DNA of 64,000 bases, from positions 12,007 through 76,006 of IMG/VR virus record IMGVR_UViG_3300027563_000005; one strand, given 5' to 3'. The stretch is from a virus (Duplodnaviria > Caudoviricetes). Positions 29,535 to 39,513 of this stretch are shown piece after piece (the first letter of the stretch is position 1; each line of letters starts with the position of its first letter). A program made the translations under genes and the position numbers. The notes beneath the pieces were generated by a model. The model did not search any database, was not told the origin of the DNA, and was given only the letters and a program-made list of their open reading frames with translations.

Positions 29535-29949
29535 TTTCCTGATTCTCCGATCTCTTTGCAATAGAGTTGTATGCAAGGACATTACCGAATGGATCGGTAA
29601 TCGGGGTAGAGCTTATAACTTCAAATACTGTTGGGGTATTGTTTGGATAGTTTATTTCTTTCCACACTACGTTGCCATTCATATCTCTAACGTTAGTAAT
29701 TTTTTCTCTATACGTTATTGGGTCTGGTGTTCTTATCTCAAGCATCTGCTCATTCATATACTTGTTGTTAAACGTTTGCTTGTCTCCGCCTCTTCCTGTG
29801 CCAGAATTTGAAATCATTCCTTTTGCGGAACATGGAACAGACCTAGTAAATATCCACTCTTTTTTAATAGCACCAGTATTTTCATCTTGAGTGTCTAATT
29901 GAAGATAGATGTCTAGCTTCATTGGCATTAATGAAGTTGCCAGGCTCAT
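29524..29949 (-). CDS. Head-tail joining (stopper) protein
   Basis: Synteny; QDENTGAIKKEW pattern. Confidence 0.6.
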   Translation of the reverse strand: MSLATSLMPMKLDIYLQLDTQDENTGAIKKEWIFTRSVPCSAKGMISNSGTGRGGDKQTFNNKYMNEQMLEIRTPDPITYREKITNVRDMNGNVVWKEINYPNNTPTVFEVISSTPITDPFGNVLAYNSIAKRSENQEIGF

Positions 29950-30918
29950 TTAGAATACGACCATGCCATTTGTTACATATGGCGCAAGCAGTTGATCTGC
30001 GTACAAGTTTCCAGTTCCTCTGTGTGCGTCTTCCATGAACTCAAACTTCCAGTCAAACGTGCTTATGTTTTTTACGTATTTATCTTTCCATGCACGATCT
30101 TGCTCAAAGTATTGTTTCATTAAAATTTTACAGGCTTCTTTAACATTGTCTGGCACATAGTTCCAGCCAAATAAACCTTCAACCTGATATCTCAGGTCTT
30201 TCTTAAATGTTCCAGAATGGCCCCTGCTATTAACTGATGGGGTAACCATTCCGTTTGCTGAGTATATTGTGTCGTCTTGAAGATCTTGTAGATTAACTCT
30301 GACTCCATAATTTGATTCAGAAACTATTGGTATATAGAACCAGTTGTTTACGGAAAGCGCAGAATCAAATACTTTAACGTCTTGCTCATAAAGTTTTGTA
30401 ATTTGCTCTATTCTAATTGGAAGTGGGAGAATGTCTGACCCATGGCCTTGTGCAATTTGTGTACCAATATAACTATGAAAAAATTGATTTGTATACGCTT
30501 CAATTAATTTTCTAGCATACTTCTCTGCTTGCTGTAGATCATTATATGTTTTATGATTTGGGTCAGAAGGGTCCGTCCCAATATTTAAATCGTCAATTAC
30601 ATCGTATATATTTACATACGGCGTAACAATATCTACCATTTGAATGTTTGAAGAAGATACGCCAGAGACTGAATAAGTCCATTCAATTCTAAGCTTTTTA
30701 GGTTGGCTTGCAATTGTATGTGGAATTATAATCTCATAAGTTCCAATATCTGTATCTAGTTTTGTGGCAGTATAAGTTGCTATTGTAGCGCTTAGAGTAC
30801 CAGATGGCAATGCTTCTTTTACTACTGCAGTTACATTACCAGTTGCATCTGTTATTTCTCCACCCCAATATAATTTAAATCTTATTGGTGAAGCTTGCTT
30901 TACATATATTTCTGCCAT
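29950..30918 (-). CDS. Head-tail adaptor/connector
   Basis: A..LIEAYT.Q.F and FGW..VP..VKEA motifs; C-terminal L.PY. Confidence 0.7.
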   Translation of the reverse strand: MAEIYVKQASPIRFKLYWGGEITDATGNVTAVVKEALPSGTLSATIATYTATKLDTDIGTYEIIIPHTIASQPKKLRIEWTYSVSGVSSSNIQMVDIVTPYVNIYDVIDDLNIGTDPSDPNHKTYNDLQQAEKYARKLIEAYTNQFFHSYIGTQIAQGHGSDILPLPIRIEQITKLYEQDVKVFDSALSVNNWFYIPIVSESNYGVRVNLQDLQDDTIYSANGMVTPSVNSRGHSGTFKKDLRYQVEGLFGWNYVPDNVKEACKILMKQYFEQDRAWKDKYVKNISTFDWKFEFMEDAHRGTGNLYADQLLAPYVTNGMVVF

Positions 30919-30934
30919 TAACTTATGTTAACGT

Positions 30935-31327
30935 TTAGTTATAGAAGTCTTGAACTTCCTTTGGTGTCGCTAAACGAAAACCCTCCTCTGTATCAAAGAT
31001 TTTTTGAGCGTCATCTTCAGACATTGCTATAAAAGGATGATCTTTTGTAAAGGTGTATCCGTGAATATCATATCTGTGATTATCTCTTGTCATTCTTACA
31101 AGCAGGGTATCTTCTGGTTGCGCTTTTGGATCAAACTTTGGAAGAATTTCAACTTCTTCTGTGTCTCTTTCAATTGCCTCTACCGTACTTTGATATACAC
31201 TCCAGGTAACGCCTTCTTCTGCTAGAGCTGCAATAATGTCTTTTTTATTCTTTAGGCCTTCTGAATCAACTGCAAAATCTGTTGCAATTACTTTTAATTC
31301 AGCCACTTTTAATGTGTCAAACGACAT
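30935..31327 (-). CDS. Hypothetical head-module protein with SAP/Rho-N-like N-terminus
   Basis: LKVAELK.IA..K.DII..L pattern; AAGGAG RBS. Confidence 0.6.
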   Translation of the reverse strand: MSFDTLKVAELKVIATDFAVDSEGLKNKKDIIAALAEEGVTWSVYQSTVEAIERDTEEVEILPKFDPKAQPEDTLLVRMTRDNHRYDIHGYTFTKDHPFIAMSEDDAQKIFDTEEGFRLATPKEVQDFYN

Positions 31328-31382
31328 ATTTTATTTCTCCTTTTTCTAGGTCCTTTAATTATAGCATTGTTAAATTTAAATG

Positions 31383-31411
31383 AAAAGCCCCCAAAATTAA
31401 TTGGGGGCCTT
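31383..31411 (-). terminator. Intrinsic terminator after the capsid gene
   Basis: GCCCCCA/TGGGGGC stem followed by TTTT. Confidence 0.75.
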
Positions 31412-31434
31412 TCTGTGGTCTAATTCTTAATTAA

Positions 31435-32484
31435 TTAAGAAGCAACCTTAACGTTCTTTACAACGACCCAAGCGTCTGCCTGCTCGATTTGAACGCCAAC
31501 ACGAGTATACATTGTGTACTCAATTGTGTCCTTACGTGGCTGGAAGAAACGGTAAACAGTTACATCGCGCTTGATACCAATAACTACGTTATTTGGGAAT
31601 GTCAAGTGGACGTCTCCGTGTGAACCTGATGGGCTTGCGTATGTACCTGTCTGTGTCTCAGGAAGCAATGGAACTTCAACGATTGGAATACCAAATGCGT
31701 ATGGAGCTACATATCCTGCTGGACCTCCAAGAACAGGAACATCACCACGGATAATGCCAGAGGCAATATCTTGTGGAGTAACGTTCTGGATGTTCTGTGA
31801 GTTAGAGAACAAGTAATCTTGGATCAAGTTTGATCCAGAAAGGAAGCGAAGGTCTGTACGACGTTGCTTGTACTTACGTGGCATAGCCTTTAGTGCTGAG
31901 TTAAATACGTTACGGGAAATTCCCGCACCTGCTGCATCTACTACGCGACCATGTGTCTTTGCCTTCTTAACTGCACCGTCAAATGACTTGTACAGCGCAT
32001 CGGTTGAAAGTGATGTATCACCGTTAAGAATAAGATCTTCGATGTCATTTCCAGCCTGTGTTGCCATCATACGTGCAATATGATCTTCAAGATCTGCACC
32101 TTCGATGTTGTCTTCTAGAGACTCAGTTGAAAGTTCCCAGTCCATGCGGAGCTTCTTTGTTGTTAGAGAAATTTTTGAGAAAGTAACACCCTGGTTTATA
32201 GCTGTGTTTTCGCCTTCGGATGCAAGCTTTACAAGCTTCTCTCCTACTGACATACGATCAATTTCTGTTGTGTCGGATTTCATACGGACCGTACGTGCAA
32301 CTTTACCAATTACGGTAGCATCGAACATATAGTCCAAGAATCGTGCTGATTGTTCTGGGTTTAGAAGTCCACCGTTGCCATTTTCTGAAGCAACATGAAC
32401 GCCTGAACCACCTGTTGAGGAACCGAATCCAGTTGATACTGTTGTACCAGCTGCTGCGGCCTTTTCTAATAATTCATTACTCAT
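31435..32484 (-). CDS. Major capsid protein (HK97 fold)
   Basis: GGLLNPEQ, LEDNIEG, E.LILNGD and GIPIVEVP motifs; follows the protease. Confidence 0.92.
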   Translation of the reverse strand: MSNELLEKAAAAGTTVSTGFGSSTGGSGVHVASENGNGGLLNPEQSARFLDYMFDATVIGKVARTVRMKSDTTEIDRMSVGEKLVKLASEGENTAINQGVTFSKISLTTKKLRMDWELSTESLEDNIEGADLEDHIARMMATQAGNDIEDLILNGDTSLSTDALYKSFDGAVKKAKTHGRVVDAAGAGISRNVFNSALKAMPRKYKQRRTDLRFLSGSNLIQDYLFSNSQNIQNVTPQDIASGIIRGDVPVLGGPAGYVAPYAFGIPIVEVPLLPETQTGTYASPSGSHGDVHLTFPNNVVIGIKRDVTVYRFFQPRKDTIEYTMYTRVGVQIEQADAWVVVKNVKVAS

Positions 32485-32505
32485 TTTTATTTCACCTACC
32501 TTATT

Positions 32506-33045
32506 TTAGTTAAAGATTTCATTTACGGAACCGAGGAAAGCTCCAGACCATTTTGATTTTGATTTAGTAAAAACCTCAGACCCGCCAAGGTCAGAGGACT
32601 TCTTGATTGCGGTATCGCCTTCTACGGCATCTACCTGCTTTTGAACACCTTCAATGGTGCCCTTTATTTCTGTCACAGCAGCACTAAGTGCGCTGTGCTT
32701 TTCTGCCAACTCAGAAATTCTATCATCTACGCTTTTGCTGAAAGCTTCAACAGATGTTTTAATCTCTGTGACCTGTGCAGCATTCGCTTCTGTAGCCTTT
32801 GTGAGTGTCTCTGCGAAAAAGCCTTTTAGATCGCCTAACATCTTTGCAAAATCAGGTTCATCAACCATGACCTCAGCATTATCGAGTTCGGCTGCTTTTT
32901 CAACGGAGTCGGCAGGAGCTGTATCTTCTGCTGTTTCTTCAACAATTACATCTGTAATTGGGGCTTCTACAACATCGACAGACTTTTCAATAATTGTTTC
33001 TGCTTCTACGGCTTCGACAACTACATCATTTGTTACGTCTGACAT
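32506..33045 (-). CDS. Nested in-frame scaffolding protein
   Basis: Perfect AAGGAGGT (33052-33059) 6 nt before the internal ATG (MSDVTND). Confidence 0.7.
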   Translation of the reverse strand: MSDVTNDVVVEAVEAETIIEKSVDVVEAPITDVIVEETAEDTAPADSVEKAAELDNAEVMVDEPDFAKMLGDLKGFFAETLTKATEANAAQVTEIKTSVEAFSKSVDDRISELAEKHSALSAAVTEIKGTIEGVQKQVDAVEGDTAIKKSSDLGGSEVFTKSKSKWSGAFLGSVNEIFN

Positions 33046-33831
33046 CTCATTACCTCCTTCTACGTTTGCCTGTTTTGCTAATTGTGTTTCAGGCAACGGT
33101 AATCTTGACTTCTTAAATGAAGCAAGAATCTTATCTATTTCTTTTGACTTATTTATATCTGAACTTTCTACCCAGCCTATTAGCGAAGCTGGCTTTCCAG
33201 ATATTGGTGAATCAAAAGTTTTTTCTGTGGACATGAAAACTGAGTCGCTGTCTTCGCAATAAAAAATATTTTCTGTTACTACATTTGCAGCAAGGCCTTT
33301 GTAAATCATTTGTCCGTTAACTTTTTCTATTGACAAAATATTACATAGCTCGTTTGCTGGTGAATCAACAATTGAAAGTTCAACTAAATCGTAGTCCTTG
33401 ATAAATCTAACCGCTTCTCCCGTTGCTTTGTTAACTTCGTTGTCTGACTCTTTAATTTTTCCGCCAATTGAAAAACCAGAAAGAGTGCCATCAAGAACTT
33501 TTTCCCAAGTATCTTGTGCACCCTTTGAAATGTATGAAGTTACATAAACTCCATTGTAAAAAGTTTGAGACTTTTGATCGTAATATGTTTCTGGCTTAAA
33601 TGAAACAACTTTACCTACTGCATTTGACTGATGCATCTCACGAAGATTTCCTCTGAAGTTTTCAAAAGCTTTTACGCTTGCTTCTGCCGTGACTACATCG
33701 CCTGTCTGGTCAACATTATCTAATGTTGCAAAACCAGATACAGTTCTATTTTCTCGATTGACCTTAGTAAACGGAATCGACAAATGTAGCTTGTCGCCAT
33801 TACTAGACCAATGGCCTTTTTCAATGTTCAT
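32506..33831 (-). CDS. Prohead protease (HK97 type) fused to scaffold
   Basis: VSGFAT..VDQTGD, REMH, GFSIGG and LVELSIVDSPAN motifs; acidic coiled-coil C-terminus. Confidence 0.9.
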   Translation of the reverse strand: MNIEKGHWSSNGDKLHLSIPFTKVNRENRTVSGFATLDNVDQTGDVVTAEASVKAFENFRGNLREMHQSNAVGKVVSFKPETYYDQKSQTFYNGVYVTSYISKGAQDTWEKVLDGTLSGFSIGGKIKESDNEVNKATGEAVRFIKDYDLVELSIVDSPANELCNILSIEKVNGQMIYKGLAANVVTENIFYCEDSDSVFMSTEKTFDSPISGKPASLIGWVESSDINKSKEIDKILASFKKSRLPLPETQLAKQANVEGGNEMSDVTNDVVVEAVEAETIIEKSVDVVEAPITDVIVEETAEDTAPADSVEKAAELDNAEVMVDEPDFAKMLGDLKGFFAETLTKATEANAAQVTEIKTSVEAFSKSVDDRISELAEKHSALSAAVTEIKGTIEGVQKQVDAVEGDTAIKKSSDLGGSEVFTKSKSKWSGAFLGSVNEIFN

Positions 33832-33884
33832 ATGCTTAATTTTAGTGGTTTATCTACTATAACGCAAATAACAGTTGATTAAAC

Positions 33885-35474
33885 TTATTTGACTTTTGGA
33901 CCATCGCCTTTGGGGTTTCTGGCTTCTCCGCTTTTATCTGGGGCATTGGCTGATCTTTGCTGATCTCGCTTTTTATTTCCAGTAGATTTTGCCTTCTGGT
34001 CAGCCACCTGCTGTGGCTTTAAATCTACCATTTCGTCCCCTCCGTCAACCGTTGTCATATTCTTTCTAATACGAACTTCGTTTGGAGTTATTACCTGCAT
34101 TCTTAAATAAATTTCGTCAATACGGCTTTGGGTTTCTTCATCAGTAAGGCTTAATTCATTAAATTTTAATTGTACAACGTCTGTCTTTTCTGCAATTAAA
34201 TAATTTAATTTCTTTTCAAGTCTATCTTGTGAAGGTCTGCAAACCTGCTCTTTAAATGTTTTGTCTGCGTCTCTGGCAGCCGCTAAGTTGATTCCTTCTG
34301 GGATACCTATCTTGCTAATTGGAACACGGTGAGCTAAAAGAATTTCATCTCTATTAGATTTACGATAGATATTAAATGAAGACTCTTGCTCTCCTGCTTC
34401 AATTGGCTCCATTTTAAATTCTGTTTTTGAGTCTGGTGTATCCGCTGGAAGTGGGATATATAGGGATCTGTGATTCTTGCCCTTTAGCCCAACCTGAAAA
34501 AACTCAAGCAATTTTCTTTCTGACTCTGGGGAAAGCTTTGCTCCCTTTACTGTAATAATATATCTTGGGACCGCTTTATTTTCAAAGTAGTCTAAGTTAT
34601 ATCTACCAGCAAATTCATTTCCTGCCAGCGCTTGTTGTGCTGCAATAATGTCTGGGACTCCGTAGTAATTATTCATTGGAGTATATTTCTTTAAATGGAT
34701 AATTTCATTTGGTCGATCTTCTTGGGCGGCAATTGGGCTTGGTGTTTCCAGATCTCCAAAATTGCGGAAGTAGACTGCCTTGCCGTAAAGTAATTGAATA
34801 AACCCGTCACGGAACCTACGCACACGCATTGTTTTGGCTGGTATATGGCCGATGTAGCCTATGTCTCCAGCGGTTGTACGTCCAACCTCTATGTAACCGT
34901 TTCCAGTTGCCTCAAGGTCCGTGTAGGCCTTTATAAGGGTCTCTGTAAATGATTCCTCTTCGTTGCAATCATCAAGCCAGCGATCTAGCTGTGTTTTAAT
35001 TCTATCAATTTTTGCACGTGCTCTGTCCACCTGCTTCTGATCGGTGATGGCGTCCATGGCGTCTTTGGCTTTTGATGTTTCTGTAAACATGTATCCGAGA
35101 CCAACAATATTTGAAACCTTGGCGTTAATTGCTGCGTAGTTATATGTTGAAACCTCATAAATTTTTGAAAGGTATTCTAGGTTATAAGTTGGTTCTACAA
35201 GATCAAATAATGCATATCCGCTAATAGCTTGTTGCAAAAGATTTTGCTGTGTTTCGGCTCCGTCTTTACCAACAAATGCTTTTGAAAAATCACGGTTGAT
35301 TTTACGTTTAAAGTTTGTTCCTAGGCCTCTAAGCTTTTTAATTTCTTCTAGGCCCATTTTAAATGGGTCTTCGGAGTCTTCCGCTTTTTGGAAATGAAAC
35401 CAGTCGGATGTGTTTGAAATATCAATTGTATTAGATGACTCATCGTCTTCTAAAACTTCTATATTGCGTGTCAT
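33885..35474 (-). CDS. Portal protein
   Basis: GNGY, EIIHLK, YYGVP, YFENKAVP, ILLAHRVP and ITPNEVR motifs. Confidence 0.92.
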   Translation of the reverse strand: MTRNIEVLEDDESSNTIDISNTSDWFHFQKAEDSEDPFKMGLEEIKKLRGLGTNFKRKINRDFSKAFVGKDGAETQQNLLQQAISGYALFDLVEPTYNLEYLSKIYEVSTYNYAAINAKVSNIVGLGYMFTETSKAKDAMDAITDQKQVDRARAKIDRIKTQLDRWLDDCNEEESFTETLIKAYTDLEATGNGYIEVGRTTAGDIGYIGHIPAKTMRVRRFRDGFIQLLYGKAVYFRNFGDLETPSPIAAQEDRPNEIIHLKKYTPMNNYYGVPDIIAAQQALAGNEFAGRYNLDYFENKAVPRYIITVKGAKLSPESERKLLEFFQVGLKGKNHRSLYIPLPADTPDSKTEFKMEPIEAGEQESSFNIYRKSNRDEILLAHRVPISKIGIPEGINLAAARDADKTFKEQVCRPSQDRLEKKLNYLIAEKTDVVQLKFNELSLTDEETQSRIDEIYLRMQVITPNEVRIRKNMTTVDGGDEMVDLKPQQVADQKAKSTGNKKRDQQRSANAPDKSGEARNPKGDGPKVK

Positions 35475-35809
35475 TGTACTTTACCGCCTCTTGATACAGA
35501 GTCCTTGTAAACCCCTATGTCGTATGGATCTGGGGGGAGTCCCCATCTAAGTCTTTGTTCTTGCTCTTCAAGCTCTTCGTTGTTAATTTTTCTGCGCCCT
35601 GAAAGGAATTTAGGTTGGCCCTCACGAATACCGTATGAGCGAACCTCTCTAGCCAAAGCATCGATTTTGGATCTATTGCCTTTGATTGCCGTGATCGAAA
35701 GAAAATTGCCATCATCATCTCCAATCCATCTGCCATCAGGCATTTCCCAGACATATATGCCAAGGGTTGTCTCTTCGACAATTTTAGTGTTTTTCTTTAA
35801 GATATCCAT
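35471..35809 (-). CDS. Hypothetical protein upstream of the portal
   Basis: ATGA overlap with the portal; TGGTATGAT 8 nt before the ATG at 35809. Confidence 0.65.
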   Translation of the reverse strand: MDILKKNTKIVEETTLGIYVWEMPDGRWIGDDDGNFLSITAIKGNRSKIDALAREVRSYGIREGQPKFLSGRRKINNEELEEQEQRLRWGLPPDPYDIGVYKDSVSRGGKVQ

Positions 35810-35871
35810 AGACCACAATCATACCATTATCTGAGACCAAAGTCCAGATTTATGCCATACCTTTGCAAATA

Positions 35872-37677
35872 TTAAAGACTTACTGACAGGGGCTCTACAG
35901 AAGTCAATGTGAATGAAGTAGAGTCATTCCCGTTTGTTGCCTCAGATATAGTCATATTGGTGTCATCTATAAGGTTTACAATATTTCCAGTATATAGCAA
36001 ATAGTGTTGGGCTATTTTGGCCTGTGTGAGTGCCTCTTGATATATAGCCAAATTGTTATACATGCTTCCAATTCCTGATTTTGAATCTGTCTGGTTTTGA
36101 TTAAATTTTAAGTTAGATGCAGCCGAAGTAAAGGTTATAACAACATGGTGGGGAAGCCCTGCTGACATAAAGTCAAAAACATTTGTCTCGGCTGTCCTAT
36201 TTATGCCATTTACATATATTGAAGAAATTGCTGTTTTAGATATAGCCCCAGAAGATGACCATTCATATATTTTTGAAGAAGCAGATACCAATACATTTTC
36301 TCCCAATTCTGGGGTAAATATCATTTCAACTGATCTAACATCTGGTATGTTGTTTAAGCTAAACCCATGCCCATTATGCATCTTTAATCCATTGCTCTTA
36401 TTGTAAGATAGAATTCTTTCATTGTTTCTTGGCAAAGCATAGTCAAAATTTGATGATACATAATACCCAGAGTTGTCGCTATAAAAATTTTTTGAACTAT
36501 AAAACAATATCTCTAGATTTCTTAATATAGGCTGATACTTGCTTGTGTCATCTGATGACATGGTGACTCTTAACTCTAATATATCTGCTATCTGATTATC
36601 ATTTTTATTATAGTATGGGAGGGAGCTTCCGTTTTTACACTCTTTCCATTCCGCCCCATCTATTTTTACCTCGACCTTAATTCCTTTTACATTATTAGAC
36701 CAGTATATTTGACTGGTGGATATGTCTAAGTAATCAGGGACAATAAAATAATCTGTAAAGGAATGGCTTACTGCAACTGGCTCGGTGGTTTCTGGTAAAT
36801 ATAAATAAGATCCATCATTAGACAAAGACATTCCACTTGCAAATACGTCTGCCCAGGATCTTGATTCTGGATAGGAGAACTTAAACTTTGGTTTAATTGC
36901 AGAGGAGTTCATACTAAACATGTACCCGCCATCTGAATCAACTATCTGAGATGAATTAATTTCTTTTATTCCTTCAAGGTAATGCTGCTTGATTTGATTT
37001 GGGGAAAGATTAAATTTATAAAACCCTACACAGTCAATAACAAATTTTCCATCCGCTGGACCTGTTTTAAAGTTAATAGCTGCGTTAGAGAATCTATATC
37101 CTTCTACTGAAGCCGTGTCAACAATATATCCGTTTACATAAAGAGAGATTGATGAATTTTGAAATATACCAACTACATACAAAGACTCTGCGTTTGATGC
37201 AGTATAATGAGCTTCGGCTGAGCCAACCATAAAAACAATATTTCCATTTTTATAAAAAATACCTGCATTAATAGATGTGTCTGCGACTATTGTTATATCG
37301 CTTTCAATTGGTGGAAGGGAGCACCAAGCTTCAAGCGTAAAAGAATCATCGCTATTGTATTCATTTGCAATACCCTGAGAAATATAATTAATAGATGTAT
37401 AAGGAAGAACCTGAGTGCCTCTTATTCCACCAGAAATTAATGGCATTAACTCTTTTGTTGAAGAGTTTACTGCATATCCATTGTTTAAATTTCCAGAGTA
37501 ATCATATACAGGCAAACCGCTTAATGCAGAGTATGTTAACCCGCTGTCCTTTAGTTGCTGATATGTTGCAAATTGAGAAGTTAGTCCCGAGTAAGATGCT
37601 ATGTTGCCTGATGTAACTTCGTCTAACAAATAAAATGATGTTGGATGGTCATTTAAGACTACGCTTTTGTATGACAT
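35872..37677 (-). CDS. Virion protein with LamG/ConA-like domains
   Basis: DYSGN.NNG, FTLEAW, SLYVNG and LS..QI..HY motifs. Confidence 0.7.
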   Translation of the reverse strand: MSYKSVVLNDHPTSFYLLDEVTSGNIASYSGLTSQFATYQQLKDSGLTYSALSGLPVYDYSGNLNNGYAVNSSTKELMPLISGGIRGTQVLPYTSINYISQGIANEYNSDDSFTLEAWCSLPPIESDITIVADTSINAGIFYKNGNIVFMVGSAEAHYTASNAESLYVVGIFQNSSISLYVNGYIVDTASVEGYRFSNAAINFKTGPADGKFVIDCVGFYKFNLSPNQIKQHYLEGIKEINSSQIVDSDGGYMFSMNSSAIKPKFKFSYPESRSWADVFASGMSLSNDGSYLYLPETTEPVAVSHSFTDYFIVPDYLDISTSQIYWSNNVKGIKVEVKIDGAEWKECKNGSSLPYYNKNDNQIADILELRVTMSSDDTSKYQPILRNLEILFYSSKNFYSDNSGYYVSSNFDYALPRNNERILSYNKSNGLKMHNGHGFSLNNIPDVRSVEMIFTPELGENVLVSASSKIYEWSSSGAISKTAISSIYVNGINRTAETNVFDFMSAGLPHHVVITFTSAASNLKFNQNQTDSKSGIGSMYNNLAIYQEALTQAKIAQHYLLYTGNIVNLIDDTNMTISEATNGNDSTSFTLTSVEPLSVSL

Positions 37678-37684
37678 CCCAAGC

Positions 37685-38833
37685 CTACTTTTCTTCTAGT
37701 GATTTTACTCTTGCCGTAAGCTCTTGTACCGCTTTAATTAAAGGAGAAATAAACTCTTCATATCTTAATGCTTGTTGGCCTTCTGGATCTGCAATATCGG
37801 ATATAACCCATCCACCAAAATCTGAAACATTTGCTTGATCTAAAACAGATTTAACCTGCTGGGCAATTAATCCGTAGTGAGTTCTATTTCCATCAATTTT
37901 ATTATACTTTACTGGCTCAAGACTATTTATAAAAGATAGCCCAAGGTCAGAAGGCAAAATATTTTCTTTTGTTCTTTGATCTGATATAACAGTAGCTGCT
38001 GAATTTAAATATATATTTTTCCAGCCTCTTGTTACGTTATCTGGGCCAGAGTTTATTGGTCCAAGTAAACCTAAACTAAAGCTGTTAGTTACAAACGGAT
38101 ACCAAGAAGAGTTAACACCAGTAGACGAAGTGGCCGTGGCTACCAATGAAATTCTTGTTGCAATTGGATCTATGCTAGGAGATGGGCCTGTTGCGCCTGT
38201 TGCGCCAGGAGCGCCAGCAGCGCCAGGAGCGCCATCTGCGCCTCTTGGAATAGTAAAGTTTAAAACAACATCATTAGCTGTTCCAGAATTTGTTACTGCA
38301 GCTTGGGAACCAGCAGCAGCTGTTGTGACTGTCGGGGATATTGCAATTGTTGCCGCAGGAAATCCCTGTAAGCCTCTTTCGCCAGTATCTCCCTTAGCTC
38401 CGTTTGTCCCATTTGTTCCTGGGGTTCCAGGTTCGCCTTTGTCACCTTTGGGAAGTATTAGGTTTAAAATTTGTGACGGAGAGGATCCAGTAATTGTTGC
38501 AGATGCGCTTAATCCTGAATCTACTGTTCCTATTGATAAAATATTAGAGGGTCCTGGTCCGCCTAAAATTCCGTCTTGACCTCTTGGTATATTAAATGTC
38601 AAAGATTGTGTAGGTGATGTTCCGCTAATTGTTACTGAGGCACTCTGTCCAGCATTAAGTGTATTTGTTGCGGCTACGCTTAGTGTATTGGATGGACCCG
38701 TTAGGCCTTGTGGTCCAGGATTTGCTGCAATAAAAGCAGCGATGTCTGTTCCTAAAATACCAAGATCTCTAGGTACGTCGGGTGAGTCCGAGTAACTTGG
38801 GAAACGCCATCCATTAACGCCTACTGTTGCCAT
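37685..38833 (-). CDS. Collagen-repeat tail fibre with peptidase S74 chaperone
   Basis: Gly-X-Y tracts, repeated LNF.IPRG motifs, SDQRTKENI..HYGLIAQ; leaderless promoter. Confidence 0.85.
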   Translation of the reverse strand: MATVGVNGWRFPSYSDSPDVPRDLGILGTDIAAFIAANPGPQGLTGPSNTLSVAATNTLNAGQSASVTISGTSPTQSLTFNIPRGQDGILGGPGPSNILSIGTVDSGLSASATITGSSPSQILNLILPKGDKGEPGTPGTNGTNGAKGDTGERGLQGFPAATIAISPTVTTAAAGSQAAVTNSGTANDVVLNFTIPRGADGAPGAAGAPGATGATGPSPSIDPIATRISLVATATSSTGVNSSWYPFVTNSFSLGLLGPINSGPDNVTRGWKNIYLNSAATVISDQRTKENILPSDLGLSFINSLEPVKYNKIDGNRTHYGLIAQQVKSVLDQANVSDFGGWVISDIADPEGQQALRYEEFISPLIKAVQELTARVKSLEEK

Positions 38834-38850
38834 TTTTTAATTATACCACC

Positions 38851-39513
38851 TTAGATCTTATATGCAGATAAGTGTGAAGTATATCTTTCGCCAGACACAA
38901 CTTCTTTAACTTCATGAAGATACGGCTCTTGGCTTGGAAAAATAACAAGACTTCCTGGTGCTGGCTTTAACGATATGTTATGGTTTGGGAAGCTTATTTC
39001 TCCACCTTCATATTCATCGTTTATGTAAGTTATCATAGAAAATGCTAGGTCTGTGTCTCCGTCGTAGCTATCGCAATGTGGACCCATTGCAGATCCTTTT
39101 ACCCAGCGCCTTAATGGAATGCTTTGCATCTTAAGGCTATATGAATTCTTGTCTAGCTGGTGCGAAGCCAAATACATTTCAAAAGACATCTGTGCTGCCA
39201 TTTCAAAACTGTTTTTAATATAAAGTATTTTTTGGTTTAGCTTTTCATCATCTGTTTTATTCAATACATTTTCTGTTAAAATATTTTTGTTGTTTCCATA
39301 AATAAGAGAGGCGTCATTGCTTGCTGTCCAGTCTTCCCACTTTGTAATTGCCTGGTGGCTTCTTTCGTCTGCATCCACAAGATGTATAAACTTTAATAGC
39401 TCTTCTGGGTAGCTTAAAACATTTTTAAAGTACCATATGTCTTTTTCAAGAATTTGTACGTCAAACATGTGATACATGTCGTTTGGGTTAAATGTTTCTT
39501 TTGATATTTCCAT
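38851..39513 (-). CDS. 2OG-Fe(II) oxygenase (prolyl-4-hydroxylase-like)
   Basis: HCD..YINDEYEGGE..HEV..GERY. Confidence 0.9.
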   Translation of the reverse strand: MEISKETFNPNDMYHMFDVQILEKDIWYFKNVLSYPEELLKFIHLVDADERSHQAITKWEDWTASNDASLIYGNNKNILTENVLNKTDDEKLNQKILYIKNSFEMAAQMSFEMYLASHQLDKNSYSLKMQSIPLRRWVKGSAMGPHCDSYDGDTDLAFSMITYINDEYEGGEISFPNHNISLKPAPGSLVIFPSQEPYLHEVKEVVSGERYTSHLSAYKI

